Source: a virus
Strand: one strand, 5' to 3'
DNA: 64,000 nt
Virus record (IMG/VR): IMGVR_UViG_3300009130_000002
Part shown: positions 20,805 to 30,916 of the stretch, piece by piece
Layout: every line of letters starts with the position of its first letter
How positions within the stretch are numbered: the stretch's first letter is position 1
Made by a program: the position numbers and the translations under genes
The notes under the pieces: model-generated
What the model was told of the DNA's origin: nothing
The model's input: only the letters and a program-made list of their open reading frames with translations
The model's database searches: none

Positions 20805-22709
20805 ATGCAGAATTTTCTAGAAAAATTTAATGGGACTATCAAGAATAGACAAACCCAGCAAATATTAAAGATATTAAATAAAAGAAAACTAGAAGGCGGT
20901 ATTCGAAATTTTAATGAATTCCGAACTCAGTTTGAAACCTTAATGTCTGATTTGGCACAAGAGACATTGGTCCCAAGCACTGTGCTTTACCCAGCAATTC
21001 CATTTAATGAGATCAGTATTGAAACTCACAATGAAATGCTCCTTAGGATACAAAATGATCTTAGTGCTTCCTTTGAGGAGTTGTTAAAGATCGCAGAAGT
21101 TCAAGAGAATCACGAAGCAATTGTTAGGGATCTCTTATTAAGAAATTTACGCTCAGGAATGAATGAGCTAAGAACAAAAATCAACCTATACAGATTTTTG
21201 AATGGGAATGGCCTTGGTTTTGAAGAAGCCCTTTACTCAACTTTCAACGGGGCTACAGGGGAAAGAACAAATCGAGCAGCAAGTGTTCCAAATAAATTAT
21301 TTGTTGATCCAAGAAATAAGTCCTTTTTAAGATCTATTTTTGATGCAGAAATTGATGTGGTTGGTGAAAGCCTAAGACTCTCTAGTAAAAATAGAAAACG
21401 AATTGGTGTTGGAGAGGTTAAGCAATTATTTGGAGGAACCAATAAGAAAAGTTTATTTGAATTGTATGGATATACAGAAAATAACTTGTCTAATATGATA
21501 GATAACTCAAAAGGAACTTACTGGAATCATACCATTAGAAGAGCAGGAGATGCAGAAACTGTAACTGTTACTTTACAATTTTTCTTAAACGGAACAAGAG
21601 AAATAAATTATCTAGAAATTGAACCATCGATAGCAGGCTTCAAACTGAAAACATTACTATTGAGAAAGCCAAATGGAGAAGTAGTACAAAATATAGCAAA
21701 TGATTTACTTATAGATAAAGACAAAAGAATTGTTTTTGATACAGTTTCAGTTGATAATTTTATAATAGAATTTGAAATTCCAAATAACGTATATAAGGAA
21801 TACGAAAACAGCACAATTGAAAACTTTAATCCCTTAAACGATTATGTTACGCCAGATGTTGCAGACCAAATTCTTCAAGTTCAGTCAGAACAATTAGAAT
21901 CATTTTCTTGTTTTGAATATCAGATTGGAATAGATAATGTGAAGGTTGGATTTACTGAACACTCAGAACAAAGCATATATGTTTCAAAGCCATTATTCCT
22001 AACAGAAGAAACTGGAATCTTAGGGCTTATCACAAAAGAGCAACGCCCTTACCTCCTTGACGGAAGACTCCTCTACACAAAAGAGGAAGAAGAGAAAAAA
22101 TACATAGGAAGTATAGAATATTGGGTTATAAAAGAGAACCTAGACAGTGATGACGAACAAAATGCAACAGTATTGAATACTTCTGTATTTCCTATTTGCC
22201 CAATGGGTAGAACCCAGATTCGTCATGAGAGATTGATCTTAAGTGAATTTTCAGGAGCCAGCGAATTCACAACAAAAGATACCGGCTTTTTGATACATGT
22301 CCCTTCTGCAGTTGCGGATGTTGAGTTGTTCAGAAATGGAACATCGATGGGATCAGGTGGTTGGCTAGGAACTACAGATCCGAATACAGACATTCTTAAA
22401 ATAAAAATTAATGAAGTTAATCCAGGAGATATCTTTACTGCAAGCTACCCTGTTAAAGTGGGAGACTCCTATGCTTCCTCCCAGGAGTCTTCGGATGTAT
22501 TTCTGACAGAAGATAAAACAGTAAAGCTAGGACCAGAGAGTATTGTTTTAATTGATGAAAGCCAGGATGATAGAATAGAAAGTTACAGACTCTACTTGGT
22601 TATCTTGATGAGACAAAATGGGAATGTGCAGGCAGCCACTCCGATGATAGAAGAGTATACCCTTGCAATGGGCAAAAGAAATATAGGAAAGTTTGAGAGT
22701 TTAACATGA
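20805..22709 (+). CDS. Virion structural protein, paralogue 1 of a helical-N-terminus family
   Basis: Helical N-terminus with P...S...HNEMLLRIQNDLSASFEE followed by beta-sandwich regions. Similar layout in the genes at 22706 and 25663. Confidence 0.5.
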   Translation: MQNFLEKFNGTIKNRQTQQILKILNKRKLEGGIRNFNEFRTQFETLMSDLAQETLVPSTVLYPAIPFNEISIETHNEMLLRIQNDLSASFEELLKIAEVQENHEAIVRDLLLRNLRSGMNELRTKINLYRFLNGNGLGFEEALYSTFNGATGERTNRAASVPNKLFVDPRNKSFLRSIFDAEIDVVGESLRLSSKNRKRIGVGEVKQLFGGTNKKSLFELYGYTENNLSNMIDNSKGTYWNHTIRRAGDAETVTVTLQFFLNGTREINYLEIEPSIAGFKLKTLLLRKPNGEVVQNIANDLLIDKDKRIVFDTVSVDNFIIEFEIPNNVYKEYENSTIENFNPLNDYVTPDVADQILQVQSEQLESFSCFEYQIGIDNVKVGFTEHSEQSIYVSKPLFLTEETGILGLITKEQRPYLLDGRLLYTKEEEEKKYIGSIEYWVIKENLDSDDEQNATVLNTSVFPICPMGRTQIRHERLILSEFSGASEFTTKDTGFLIHVPSAVADVELFRNGTSMGSGGWLGTTDPNTDILKIKINEVNPGDIFTASYPVKVGDSYASSQESSDVFLTEDKTVKLGPESIVLIDESQDDRIESYRLYLVILMRQNGNVQAATPMIEEYTLAMGKRNIGKFESLT

Positions 22710-25663
22710 GTAACCTGTTTATAGATTTAGAAAATAGAGCGACATTGTTACAAAACAAATTAGATCGTTTAAGTAGAACTCTAAAAAATTCAACAAGCTT
22801 CATGACAAAAGAAGCGTATATGGCTGAATGCGCAAGAGTATTACAGAATTTTTATTCTCAACTAGAGAAGCCATTTTTCAAATATCAAGAAGCGATTAGA
22901 GATAATACTTTATTGCCAATTACAAATTCTGTTCAAGAGGGAAAAGTTGATTACGATTATAACGTAGCCATGGAACAAGTAATAGATAATCTAATGGTTA
23001 TCTTTTTAGAAATGGAAAACTTGGAATCAATTTCTATTGCTAACTTTAACTTTGCAATGACAGAATCAAATCGTTTAACAAATAGGTTAAAGTCTGTTTC
23101 ATCAAAGCTAGGAGACTTTATTTTATATGGTAAAAATACACTTAGTGACGTATTTCTAATTAAGGACAGCTTCAATAATTTGACAAAAGTTGATGTTGAG
23201 AGTCAATTCCTAAATGAAGCAGAGTGCTCTGTTAATCAGGCAGAAGGAATTATCACCCTCCCGGTTCTAATCAATGAAAGCAAGAGTATAACTGTAGAAA
23301 AAACACCTGCCTTAAATGACGATTCAAATGGAGTCTCTGGAAACAACCTTGAAATTGGAAAGGTATTTAATGGAGACATCAAAGTAATTAACGATGGAAA
23401 CCCAGATACATGGTACGAATATGAAAGAGTTGTAGATAAGTCTTCAGAGAATGACCCTCCTTTGGTCTTGGATATGGTCCTAGATCTTGGAAGTGGAAAA
23501 ATCTGCAATCAAGTTATTATAAATCCAAATAATTTTGGAACAAAAACAGTTTTAAAAATAGATGAAATAAGCACATCACTCAATGGAGTAGATTTTATTT
23601 CTATCAAAGATGATATTCCTATTTCTGGTTTTGAAGCTCTTGATGAGGTTAACACCTTTACCTTAGCTCCCTTTACTTCAAAATATGCTGGGCAAGGGAT
23701 CTACACCTTTACACCCAGGAAGTGTAAGTATGTGCATGTTAGATTAAGACAAGACGAACCCTATGTTATACAAACATTAACAGGTGAGAAGCTTAGGTAT
23801 GCTATTGGTATCAGAGACATAGAAATCAAAGCTCTTAAGTTTAAAAACAAAGGAGAGCTTGTCTCTCTGCCTTTAAAATCTCCAGATGAAATCAGAAAGG
23901 TGATGTTAGAGGTAACACAGAACCCGATCACTGATTCAGATTTAACAAATATCAGCTATATGATTTCTCATGACAATGGAATAACTTGGAATCAAATCCA
24001 ACCAAAACATTTAACTGGAGTGTCAGGATTAGTTTCTGTTCCAGAAATTTTAAATTACAACAACTCTGATTTTGATACGATTAAAACAGATACCCCTGTG
24101 ACTTCTTTAAGACTCAAGGTTCAGCTAGAAAGAGAGGATGCAAATTTCATAGAAGGCTCACCCTCCATGTTTCAAAAGACTGCAAGAAAAAGTGAGATTC
24201 AGGGAGTTCCCACTTCTGCCCCCTTTACGATTTCCTTAGATAAGGCCCCTGTTGAAGGGACCGTTGTTCTTGTTGATCCAATGTTTGGAAGCAAGGGACT
24301 AAAAGAATCTTCTTATTATATAAGATACAACCAGTCTCAGTCAGAAGACACATTCATTGGGTTGCCTTTTAAAGATATAAATGTCCCCATGAAAAAGGGA
24401 ACAAATAATATTGTTGAACAACAGAGTGCTGAAGAGTGGTTATTTGTTTATGTCGGAGGTGAGCGATGGCATCAAAGAACAAAGGACTGGGAAGATTATG
24501 ATTCTTCGGATACTATTCTGAATGTATTCGATTTTAATCCAGTCACAGGTGAGTTATCGTTTAGTCCCGATAGCTCTTATGCCTGTGAACAACCACCAGA
24601 AAACGCACCTATCAGCATGCATTTTGGAAGTGAAAGAATATTTCCTTCCTCCACTGTAAACGCACATAAAGCTGAATTGGATTTTCCTACAAGCAATTCA
24701 AAAGCAGATATGATTATCGAAAGACACGAAGGGACGGGCCTTAATACAGAGCAAATTTTGGCAGGAAGTACAAGGCAAATCTTAAAACATCAAAACCTAG
24801 TTAAACTCATAACCGATGGAGTGTTTTTGTTCTCTGCAATACAGGGAGATAATGCAAATCAGTGGACTGAAAAAACATTCATAAACGGGAAAGAGGAATT
24901 CACTCAAGACGCTAAGCAGTTTTCTTTTGATATGAAAAACGGAATACTTCATGGCAGTCAACCTTTTACAAAAGGCTTGACAGTACGATATGACTATTTA
25001 AAAACTGCCACCTTAACAGAAGATCAATGGGATTGGGCTACGGATGACTTGCTAAGAAAAACAATTGTCATAAAAGAAAATGGATGGAAAGATCTAGAAG
25101 ACACCGAAACATTTGAAGGTGATGATTTTGATGGTGGTACTCGAATTAATTTAAAAAATATGGGGATTGTTCGAAATAGTATACATATCGCTGTAGGTGG
25201 TTGGTTCCCAGAAGGTGGGCAGAATTTCAATAATTACTTTTTTAAAGAAGTCACTTTTATTGATGGCAAAACAGAGTTTTTAAATTCAAGTGACAATGGG
25301 CATTATTCTGTGAACTACAAAGAAGGTTGTATACATTTGAATATAGAATTAAATTTTAATGGGAATCTAGAAATATCTTATAGGTATTCAAACTATACAG
25401 CCAGCTATAGAATAGCAAGAGAAGTCGATAGCAAGCACTATGAAGTCGATACGGCCAATCAACAGATCTCAATTAAGGATGGGGAATTTTTCAGATATCT
25501 TGAAACCCCAAAGACAACACAGGCAGGTAGAGCCCCGTTTTATTTGATTAATTACGACTATGTTTCTGAGACAAGAGATGATATACAATCCCTAAGAGAT
25601 TACTTTACACCAGTTGTAAAAGACTATGTTCTTAAGGTGTTAAAGAAGGGAGCATTATTTTAA
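22706..25663 (+). CDS. Virion structural protein, paralogue 2 (985 aa)
   Basis: ATGA overlap. PFF...YNVAMEQVIDNLMVIFLE...IKDSFNNLTKVD N-terminus. Repeated F/Y-x-V/F-D/N-x-x-x-G-x-I/L hairpins in the C-terminal half. Confidence 0.55.
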   Translation: MSNLFIDLENRATLLQNKLDRLSRTLKNSTSFMTKEAYMAECARVLQNFYSQLEKPFFKYQEAIRDNTLLPITNSVQEGKVDYDYNVAMEQVIDNLMVIFLEMENLESISIANFNFAMTESNRLTNRLKSVSSKLGDFILYGKNTLSDVFLIKDSFNNLTKVDVESQFLNEAECSVNQAEGIITLPVLINESKSITVEKTPALNDDSNGVSGNNLEIGKVFNGDIKVINDGNPDTWYEYERVVDKSSENDPPLVLDMVLDLGSGKICNQVIINPNNFGTKTVLKIDEISTSLNGVDFISIKDDIPISGFEALDEVNTFTLAPFTSKYAGQGIYTFTPRKCKYVHVRLRQDEPYVIQTLTGEKLRYAIGIRDIEIKALKFKNKGELVSLPLKSPDEIRKVMLEVTQNPITDSDLTNISYMISHDNGITWNQIQPKHLTGVSGLVSVPEILNYNNSDFDTIKTDTPVTSLRLKVQLEREDANFIEGSPSMFQKTARKSEIQGVPTSAPFTISLDKAPVEGTVVLVDPMFGSKGLKESSYYIRYNQSQSEDTFIGLPFKDINVPMKKGTNNIVEQQSAEEWLFVYVGGERWHQRTKDWEDYDSSDTILNVFDFNPVTGELSFSPDSSYACEQPPENAPISMHFGSERIFPSSTVNAHKAELDFPTSNSKADMIIERHEGTGLNTEQILAGSTRQILKHQNLVKLITDGVFLFSAIQGDNANQWTEKTFINGKEEFTQDAKQFSFDMKNGILHGSQPFTKGLTVRYDYLKTATLTEDQWDWATDDLLRKTIVIKENGWKDLEDTETFEGDDFDGGTRINLKNMGIVRNSIHIAVGGWFPEGGQNFNNYFFKEVTFIDGKTEFLNSSDNGHYSVNYKEGCIHLNIELNFNGNLEISYRYSNYTASYRIAREVDSKHYEVDTANQQISIKDGEFFRYLETPKTTQAGRAPFYLINYDYVSETRDDIQSLRDYFTPVVKDYVLKVLKKGALF

Positions 25664-27657
25664 TGTCTATAGAATCGACCTATAAGGGCTATCTGCTCGA
25701 AAAATATTTAAAGGAAAGACTCCGCAATGGAGAATTTGTTTCAGCATTTGAAGTTATAGATGAAGCAGAAAAACTAAACTCTTCAATTGATTTCTCTGAG
25801 CCTATTTTTGATTCGGCTACCTATGAGGTTGTTGATGAGGAAGAGGCTTCAGCTAAAAAGTTTAATGAAACATTTGAGATAGTCCAGCAAGATTTAAATG
25901 TTATATATCAAGAAGTCACCTTACTGACAGAGAACGCACTCAGTGTATACGAGCGATGGAAAATTGAGGCTGAAAACCTTGAAAAAGAACTGATTGATAT
26001 GGAGGAGGAAATTGAAAACCTCCTTTTACTATCTCAAGATACGGAAGGTTATCACTCAATTCTTGTAGATAACTTCACAAACTTGCTATCTTCAGATATG
26101 AATAGCACGACTGCAAAGGTAAATATAGAGGCTGGAGTTGTAAGTCTCAAGCCAAACTCTGACGCAACAACTCAGATATTTTTAAATAACATCCCTGAAG
26201 AAAATATTACTTTCAGAGTTAGATCAAGTGTAACATCTAGAAGTGATCTCGCAGGAGCTAAGCTCTCTGATATCTTTAAAGAAACAACCTTTATTTGGCA
26301 TACAGTATTAAAAGCCGAAAGGGTAAAGCCCATTGTCTGTGAGCTTATTGTCAAGCTTGGAGAAGAACCTATCGATATCAATAGAATCCAAATCTTAACT
26401 CATGACTCAGGGAGATCGGGGACTATGAATGTTACCCCTCTCTTTTCTACAGATGATTTAACTTACAATCAATTACCCTGCACAGATTATAGCAGGGATA
26501 TTGCCACACAAGGCAGCTTTTACTTTACAAAAATTAAAGCTAAATACTTGAAATTCATACTGGCTAAGAATGCTCCAGATGCATCTTCTGCAGATGTCTA
26601 TAGATATCAATTCGGATTTAAACAGATAGGTTTGTTTAGTGAAAGCTATGATTCGGGAACTCTGGGTAATCAAAAATTTGAATCTAACTGGCTTAGTGTT
26701 ATAGATGAGAACGGTACAACAGAGTTTGAAAAAGCAACGTTAGAAGTTTGCGAGAGCTTACCTCCGGGAACAAAAATCAATTACTACCTAACAGCAAGTA
26801 ACCTGGCTGATACACCAACAGAATGGTATCCAATTACTCCACTTAACCACGACTCAGATACCACAGAAATTCTTCACCCTAGAATATTTGAAATTGGAGC
26901 AGTTGCAAATCATTCAATAAGTGGTATGAAAGTATATAGTAATAGCGGCACCTATCTTTATAATGATACTGCCGGAACACTCCAGCAGGAAGACGTTGGG
27001 AATGAAGAAATTTATTCCTTTTTAGATTCCAATACTTATGGTATTTTAGATTACTTCCTGTATAATGAAGATAATAATGATAAAAAACCTGTAAAGATTA
27101 ACGAGTCTAGTTTGGTTTTATACAGGGGTGTTAACGACTGGAAGCTTGAAGAGCCCTATCATCACTGTGTGGTAGAAGTCAAAAACGCCAATGGCTCTAC
27201 AGTTCAAATTGGAGATCAATTAGTTTCTATTGATGATAGCCCAGAGGAATCTGGAGAAGTGACCATACCTTATGGTGTTCATAGAGTTCGTGTACATAAA
27301 CAGTACTTTGGAACATTACCAGAATTTGCTAACAGAATCATAGAAACAAGTGTTGATTTTTATGCAGCCAGAAGAATGGAAAAGGTTAGTGTTTTTGATA
27401 TGTTAAACAATGTTACCTCCACAAACTTTGACAAGTTCGCATTAGATGTAACTCTACCACTAACAACAGAGGATGTGGATCAAACTGTTAAAACTGCTTT
27501 CTTGGTAGTAAAGAGTGATGATACCGAAGAGTTGTTCGAAGCAAGATTCAATTTGATTAATGAGTTAAGAAAGTATATCAGACTAAAAGCAGAATTAGAG
27601 ACATCAGATGGAACGGCAAGTCCTTCTTTTGATGGCTATCAAATTAAGCTTGCGTAA
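25663..27657 (+). CDS. Virion structural protein, paralogue 3
   Basis: TAATG overlap. PIF...SAKKFNETFEIVQQDLNVIYQE...LVDNFTNLLSSD N-terminus. Ends in YIRLKAELETSDGTASPSFDGYQIKL, a closing strand motif also seen at the end of the 20805 protein (RLYLVILMRQNGNVQAATPMIEEYTL). Confidence 0.55.
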   Translation: MSIESTYKGYLLEKYLKERLRNGEFVSAFEVIDEAEKLNSSIDFSEPIFDSATYEVVDEEEASAKKFNETFEIVQQDLNVIYQEVTLLTENALSVYERWKIEAENLEKELIDMEEEIENLLLLSQDTEGYHSILVDNFTNLLSSDMNSTTAKVNIEAGVVSLKPNSDATTQIFLNNIPEENITFRVRSSVTSRSDLAGAKLSDIFKETTFIWHTVLKAERVKPIVCELIVKLGEEPIDINRIQILTHDSGRSGTMNVTPLFSTDDLTYNQLPCTDYSRDIATQGSFYFTKIKAKYLKFILAKNAPDASSADVYRYQFGFKQIGLFSESYDSGTLGNQKFESNWLSVIDENGTTEFEKATLEVCESLPPGTKINYYLTASNLADTPTEWYPITPLNHDSDTTEILHPRIFEIGAVANHSISGMKVYSNSGTYLYNDTAGTLQQEDVGNEEIYSFLDSNTYGILDYFLYNEDNNDKKPVKINESSLVLYRGVNDWKLEEPYHHCVVEVKNANGSTVQIGDQLVSIDDSPEESGEVTIPYGVHRVRVHKQYFGTLPEFANRIIETSVDFYAARRMEKVSVFDMLNNVTSTNFDKFALDVTLPLTTEDVDQTVKTAFLVVKSDDTEELFEARFNLINELRKYIRLKAELETSDGTASPSFDGYQIKLA

Positions 27658-27667
27658 GGAGATATGA

Positions 27668-29356
27668 ATGGAAGCGCCTAATAGCGTAATACTAGTATCA
27701 CAATACAAAACAGTGAGCCCCCGCTCTCCTGCAAATTCAAATTTCATTAATGATCTAGTTGGACAAACTGGAGCAGATTTAAATAATTTAAAAAGTCAAT
27801 TCAATAAGTTATTAACTGGTGTAGAAAAAGGGGTTGATGAAACCATCGCCTGGGGGAATGAAGGGCATGGCCTAGATGCACATTCTCTTTTCTATGACTC
27901 AACTGCAACTACCGGAACTTACTTTGATGCTGCAGCAGGACTACCCAAATCAATTCATGATATTGTGGGTGAAATAGAAACAACAATTACAGAACTACCT
28001 ACCGAAATAAATATCACTGCAGAACAAGTATCTTTTGATACCGTTGGTCTTCCCTCAGCTTATACAGATATGGATCCTGCAAATGTTCAAGAAGTTCTTG
28101 TTAATGTTATCAATTCTATTCCAGAGCTAATAGACGGAGAGTTTACTGCCATAAACTCTAGCATTATTACATGGAATGGTGATATTATTCCAGATCTTGA
28201 TAATACTTATAATATCGGTGCCCCAGAAAAAATTTGGGCAACTGGGCATTTTAATAAGATATTTATTGGTGGAACAGAGGTTTCAGGAGATAGTTTCAAT
28301 ACTGATGCAGCATCAGTTACTTACGATGGCATAGATGCAATCACAAACGAACCTTACAAACATTATCAAGATTCATCAACTCCAACTGTTTCAGTTGTTG
28401 CAAATGTAAAACAAGCTTTAGATCTCTTAGGAGATTTAGATTCAGATCCAGAATTTAATAGAGCAGGGGAAACATTAAAAGGCCCAATGGGCAATATTGT
28501 TACTACTGTTGTAGGCACCCAAGGCATGACGGTTAGCGAATGGCTAACTGCATTGTTCTTCCCATTCGAGCCTGCAGTTCTTGATGTCTGGAATGTTCAT
28601 ACTCCAAAAGAGAAGGGCACAACACTTTTAGATCATACTTGTAACTGGGTTGTTGCTCCGAACGATGGACAGATACTTCAAATAGAAGTAGGTCTAAATA
28701 ACGGATCTTTGTCGGATACTGGAGCTACAGATGCTTCAGGGAGTCATACATTTCCGGGGTCATTTTCTACAAATACAACATTTCAGATTCAAATTACTTG
28801 TGATACGGAAACAGGAATTTTAAGCGACAGTAAAGAGCTACAGTTCTTTGCAAGATTTTTCTATGGCCATTTCCCACAGAGCACAAATAATGGTCAAGCA
28901 TCGGAAGCAGATATTTTAGCAATGGAATACGATGTAGCAGGTGCTTCTGCCTCTGCCAACCTTAGCCCAGGATATGATCCTTCAAAAATTAGTGGTGGGT
29001 TTGAATATAAGTATGGTCCAGAAGAAGCAGAAGGAAACAGTGGTATTGGCCCACAGCATATCTATATAGCAATTCCTACTTCATATCGAATCCATATGGA
29101 AAATTGGGAAGATGGAACATTTTCTGATAACTGGAAATTTGTTAGAGATTTAAGCAATTTCACAACTGTAGATGCAACAGATCCAGCACAAGGATTTATT
29201 CCAATCAATGACTCAAATAAAGGAAACTTTAGCATTAACTTGCCACTCAAAGCAGACCAAGGTCAAACTGAGGAGTATTTGCTCTACTGGTACGATGCGG
29301 CAATAAACTATCAAGTGAATTTCGTTAATCATATATTTGAATTTAAGAGCTTTTAA
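27668..29356 (+). CDS. Fibre/spike protein, triplet 1 member 1
   Basis: SD TAAGGAG. GDIIPDLDNTYNIG fibre motif. Shares VKQALDLLGDL, TVSEWLTALFFPFEPA, ARFFYGH, QHIYIAIP and PLKADQGQTEEY with the next gene. Confidence 0.6.
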   Translation: MEAPNSVILVSQYKTVSPRSPANSNFINDLVGQTGADLNNLKSQFNKLLTGVEKGVDETIAWGNEGHGLDAHSLFYDSTATTGTYFDAAAGLPKSIHDIVGEIETTITELPTEINITAEQVSFDTVGLPSAYTDMDPANVQEVLVNVINSIPELIDGEFTAINSSIITWNGDIIPDLDNTYNIGAPEKIWATGHFNKIFIGGTEVSGDSFNTDAASVTYDGIDAITNEPYKHYQDSSTPTVSVVANVKQALDLLGDLDSDPEFNRAGETLKGPMGNIVTTVVGTQGMTVSEWLTALFFPFEPAVLDVWNVHTPKEKGTTLLDHTCNWVVAPNDGQILQIEVGLNNGSLSDTGATDASGSHTFPGSFSTNTTFQIQITCDTETGILSDSKELQFFARFFYGHFPQSTNNGQASEADILAMEYDVAGASASANLSPGYDPSKISGGFEYKYGPEEAEGNSGIGPQHIYIAIPTSYRIHMENWEDGTFSDNWKFVRDLSNFTTVDATDPAQGFIPINDSNKGNFSINLPLKADQGQTEEYLLYWYDAAINYQVNFVNHIFEFKSF

Positions 29357-29374
29357 TAGCCAAGGAGAGAAAAA

Positions 29375-30901
29375 ATGGCAATCCCATTAGCAGATAATTA
29401 TAACTTACTAATCGCTGGCCCACTAGACGCCAAGCAAGTTATTAGCAGCAAGGCTGCATTACAGAATATTTCAAGTCCCTACAATGGGCTCATAGTGTTT
29501 ATAGCAGACACGAATACAATCGTATGTTGTTTTGACGCGGCAAATGTTGTTGCCAATAGCCTAGCCGGTGGTGAAATTAACGATGCGGTTTGGAAAACAA
29601 TTCCAATTGCTGGTGGAGATGGAGCTTTCTTGGCACAAGACATTACTTACGATCCAAATGAAGCAAACTTTGCTCATTACGATAACGGAGTTCTTACGGT
29701 TAAAGATGCCTTAGATGTTTTGGGTGATTTAAATTTAGTTTCAGCTACAGGGGATGTTACTCACAGCCCAATACAAAACAGTGTTGCAGCAAACTATGCA
29801 AGCACGACTACGTCAAAAGATGCTCTGGATTATTTGGCTGTAATGCAGGAGTCTCAAGCTGGCTCTATTTCTACGAATGCAACAGATATAGCTACGAACG
29901 CAACTGCAATTTCAAATGTGGATACAGATCAGGTATTCGCTAAGTCTGGTATAGCAATTAAAAATATCCCAACAAGTGGAGAGGTATTTGGAACCCCTAC
30001 AACTGGAACTGTTGGTGAATGGCTTCAAGCTGCTTTCTTCCCGTTTGTTCCTGCAAGCGGTACAAGCACAATGTTACGTGAAGACGGAGCAGACCTAAGC
30101 AACACAACAATAGAGCTAGGAGAAACAGTTAGTGGGACAATTGGTCTGACTGGAACTTGGCAAATGGATAGTGGTGATTCTGTCAGTGATGGTAAAATCT
30201 ACTATGAAGAAGCTGTTATTGGAAACACCAATAATGGAACATTTAGTGGTAGCTACACTCAGGACGCAAATGGAAATGCAAATACAGGAGATTTTACAGT
30301 TCCTGGAGCAGGAGATCCAAAGACAATTACCCTAAGTGATAGAAATTTTGCTGTATCAGAATTTGACGATACAGTTCGCTTTAAAATGTCAGCAGTGTTT
30401 GCAAATAATGGAAGTCCAGCAACAATTGAGACTCCAGTCAGAACTGTAACCTTTAAGGCAAGATCTTTTTGGGGACACACAGCCACTCAAAGTGGTGCAG
30501 GTCTTGCTGCTGAACTTAGAAGCATGCAAGCTACTGGAGGGACTGTTGGTTTGCTTAGTGGAACCGGAACATTTGATACTGTAACAGGACAACATATATA
30601 TATTGGTATTCCCCTTAGAGAGAACAGATATTTACAGCAAATTGTTCAAGCAGGTGGTAACCAAATTGAAGGTTGGGAAATTGTTACAGATCTAGTCAAT
30701 GGCACAGTAAAGGACACTACAAATAATAATGAGGTTCCAAATGGAACAAATGGATATGATGCAAGAAATACAAGTGATACTGTAGACATTCCACTACATG
30801 CAGATGCAAGTAGAACAGAAAAATATATTGTATATCGTAGAGAGGCAACATGGAATGATCCAGTAATTCCATTTGCAGGTTTTACGTTAGTATTTAATTG
30901 A
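29375..30901 (+). CDS. Fibre/spike protein, triplet 1 member 2
   Basis: SD AAGGAG. Body paralogous to 27668 (VKDALDVLGDL, TVGEWLQAAFFPFVPA, ARSFWGH, QHIYIGIP, PLHADASRTEKY). N-terminal about 78 aa paralogous to 30917. Confidence 0.6.
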   Translation: MAIPLADNYNLLIAGPLDAKQVISSKAALQNISSPYNGLIVFIADTNTIVCCFDAANVVANSLAGGEINDAVWKTIPIAGGDGAFLAQDITYDPNEANFAHYDNGVLTVKDALDVLGDLNLVSATGDVTHSPIQNSVAANYASTTTSKDALDYLAVMQESQAGSISTNATDIATNATAISNVDTDQVFAKSGIAIKNIPTSGEVFGTPTTGTVGEWLQAAFFPFVPASGTSTMLREDGADLSNTTIELGETVSGTIGLTGTWQMDSGDSVSDGKIYYEEAVIGNTNNGTFSGSYTQDANGNANTGDFTVPGAGDPKTITLSDRNFAVSEFDDTVRFKMSAVFANNGSPATIETPVRTVTFKARSFWGHTATQSGAGLAAELRSMQATGGTVGLLSGTGTFDTVTGQHIYIGIPLRENRYLQQIVQAGGNQIEGWEIVTDLVNGTVKDTTNNNEVPNGTNGYDARNTSDTVDIPLHADASRTEKYIVYRREATWNDPVIPFAGFTLVFN

Positions 30902-30916
30902 AAGTAGGAAGTTAAA

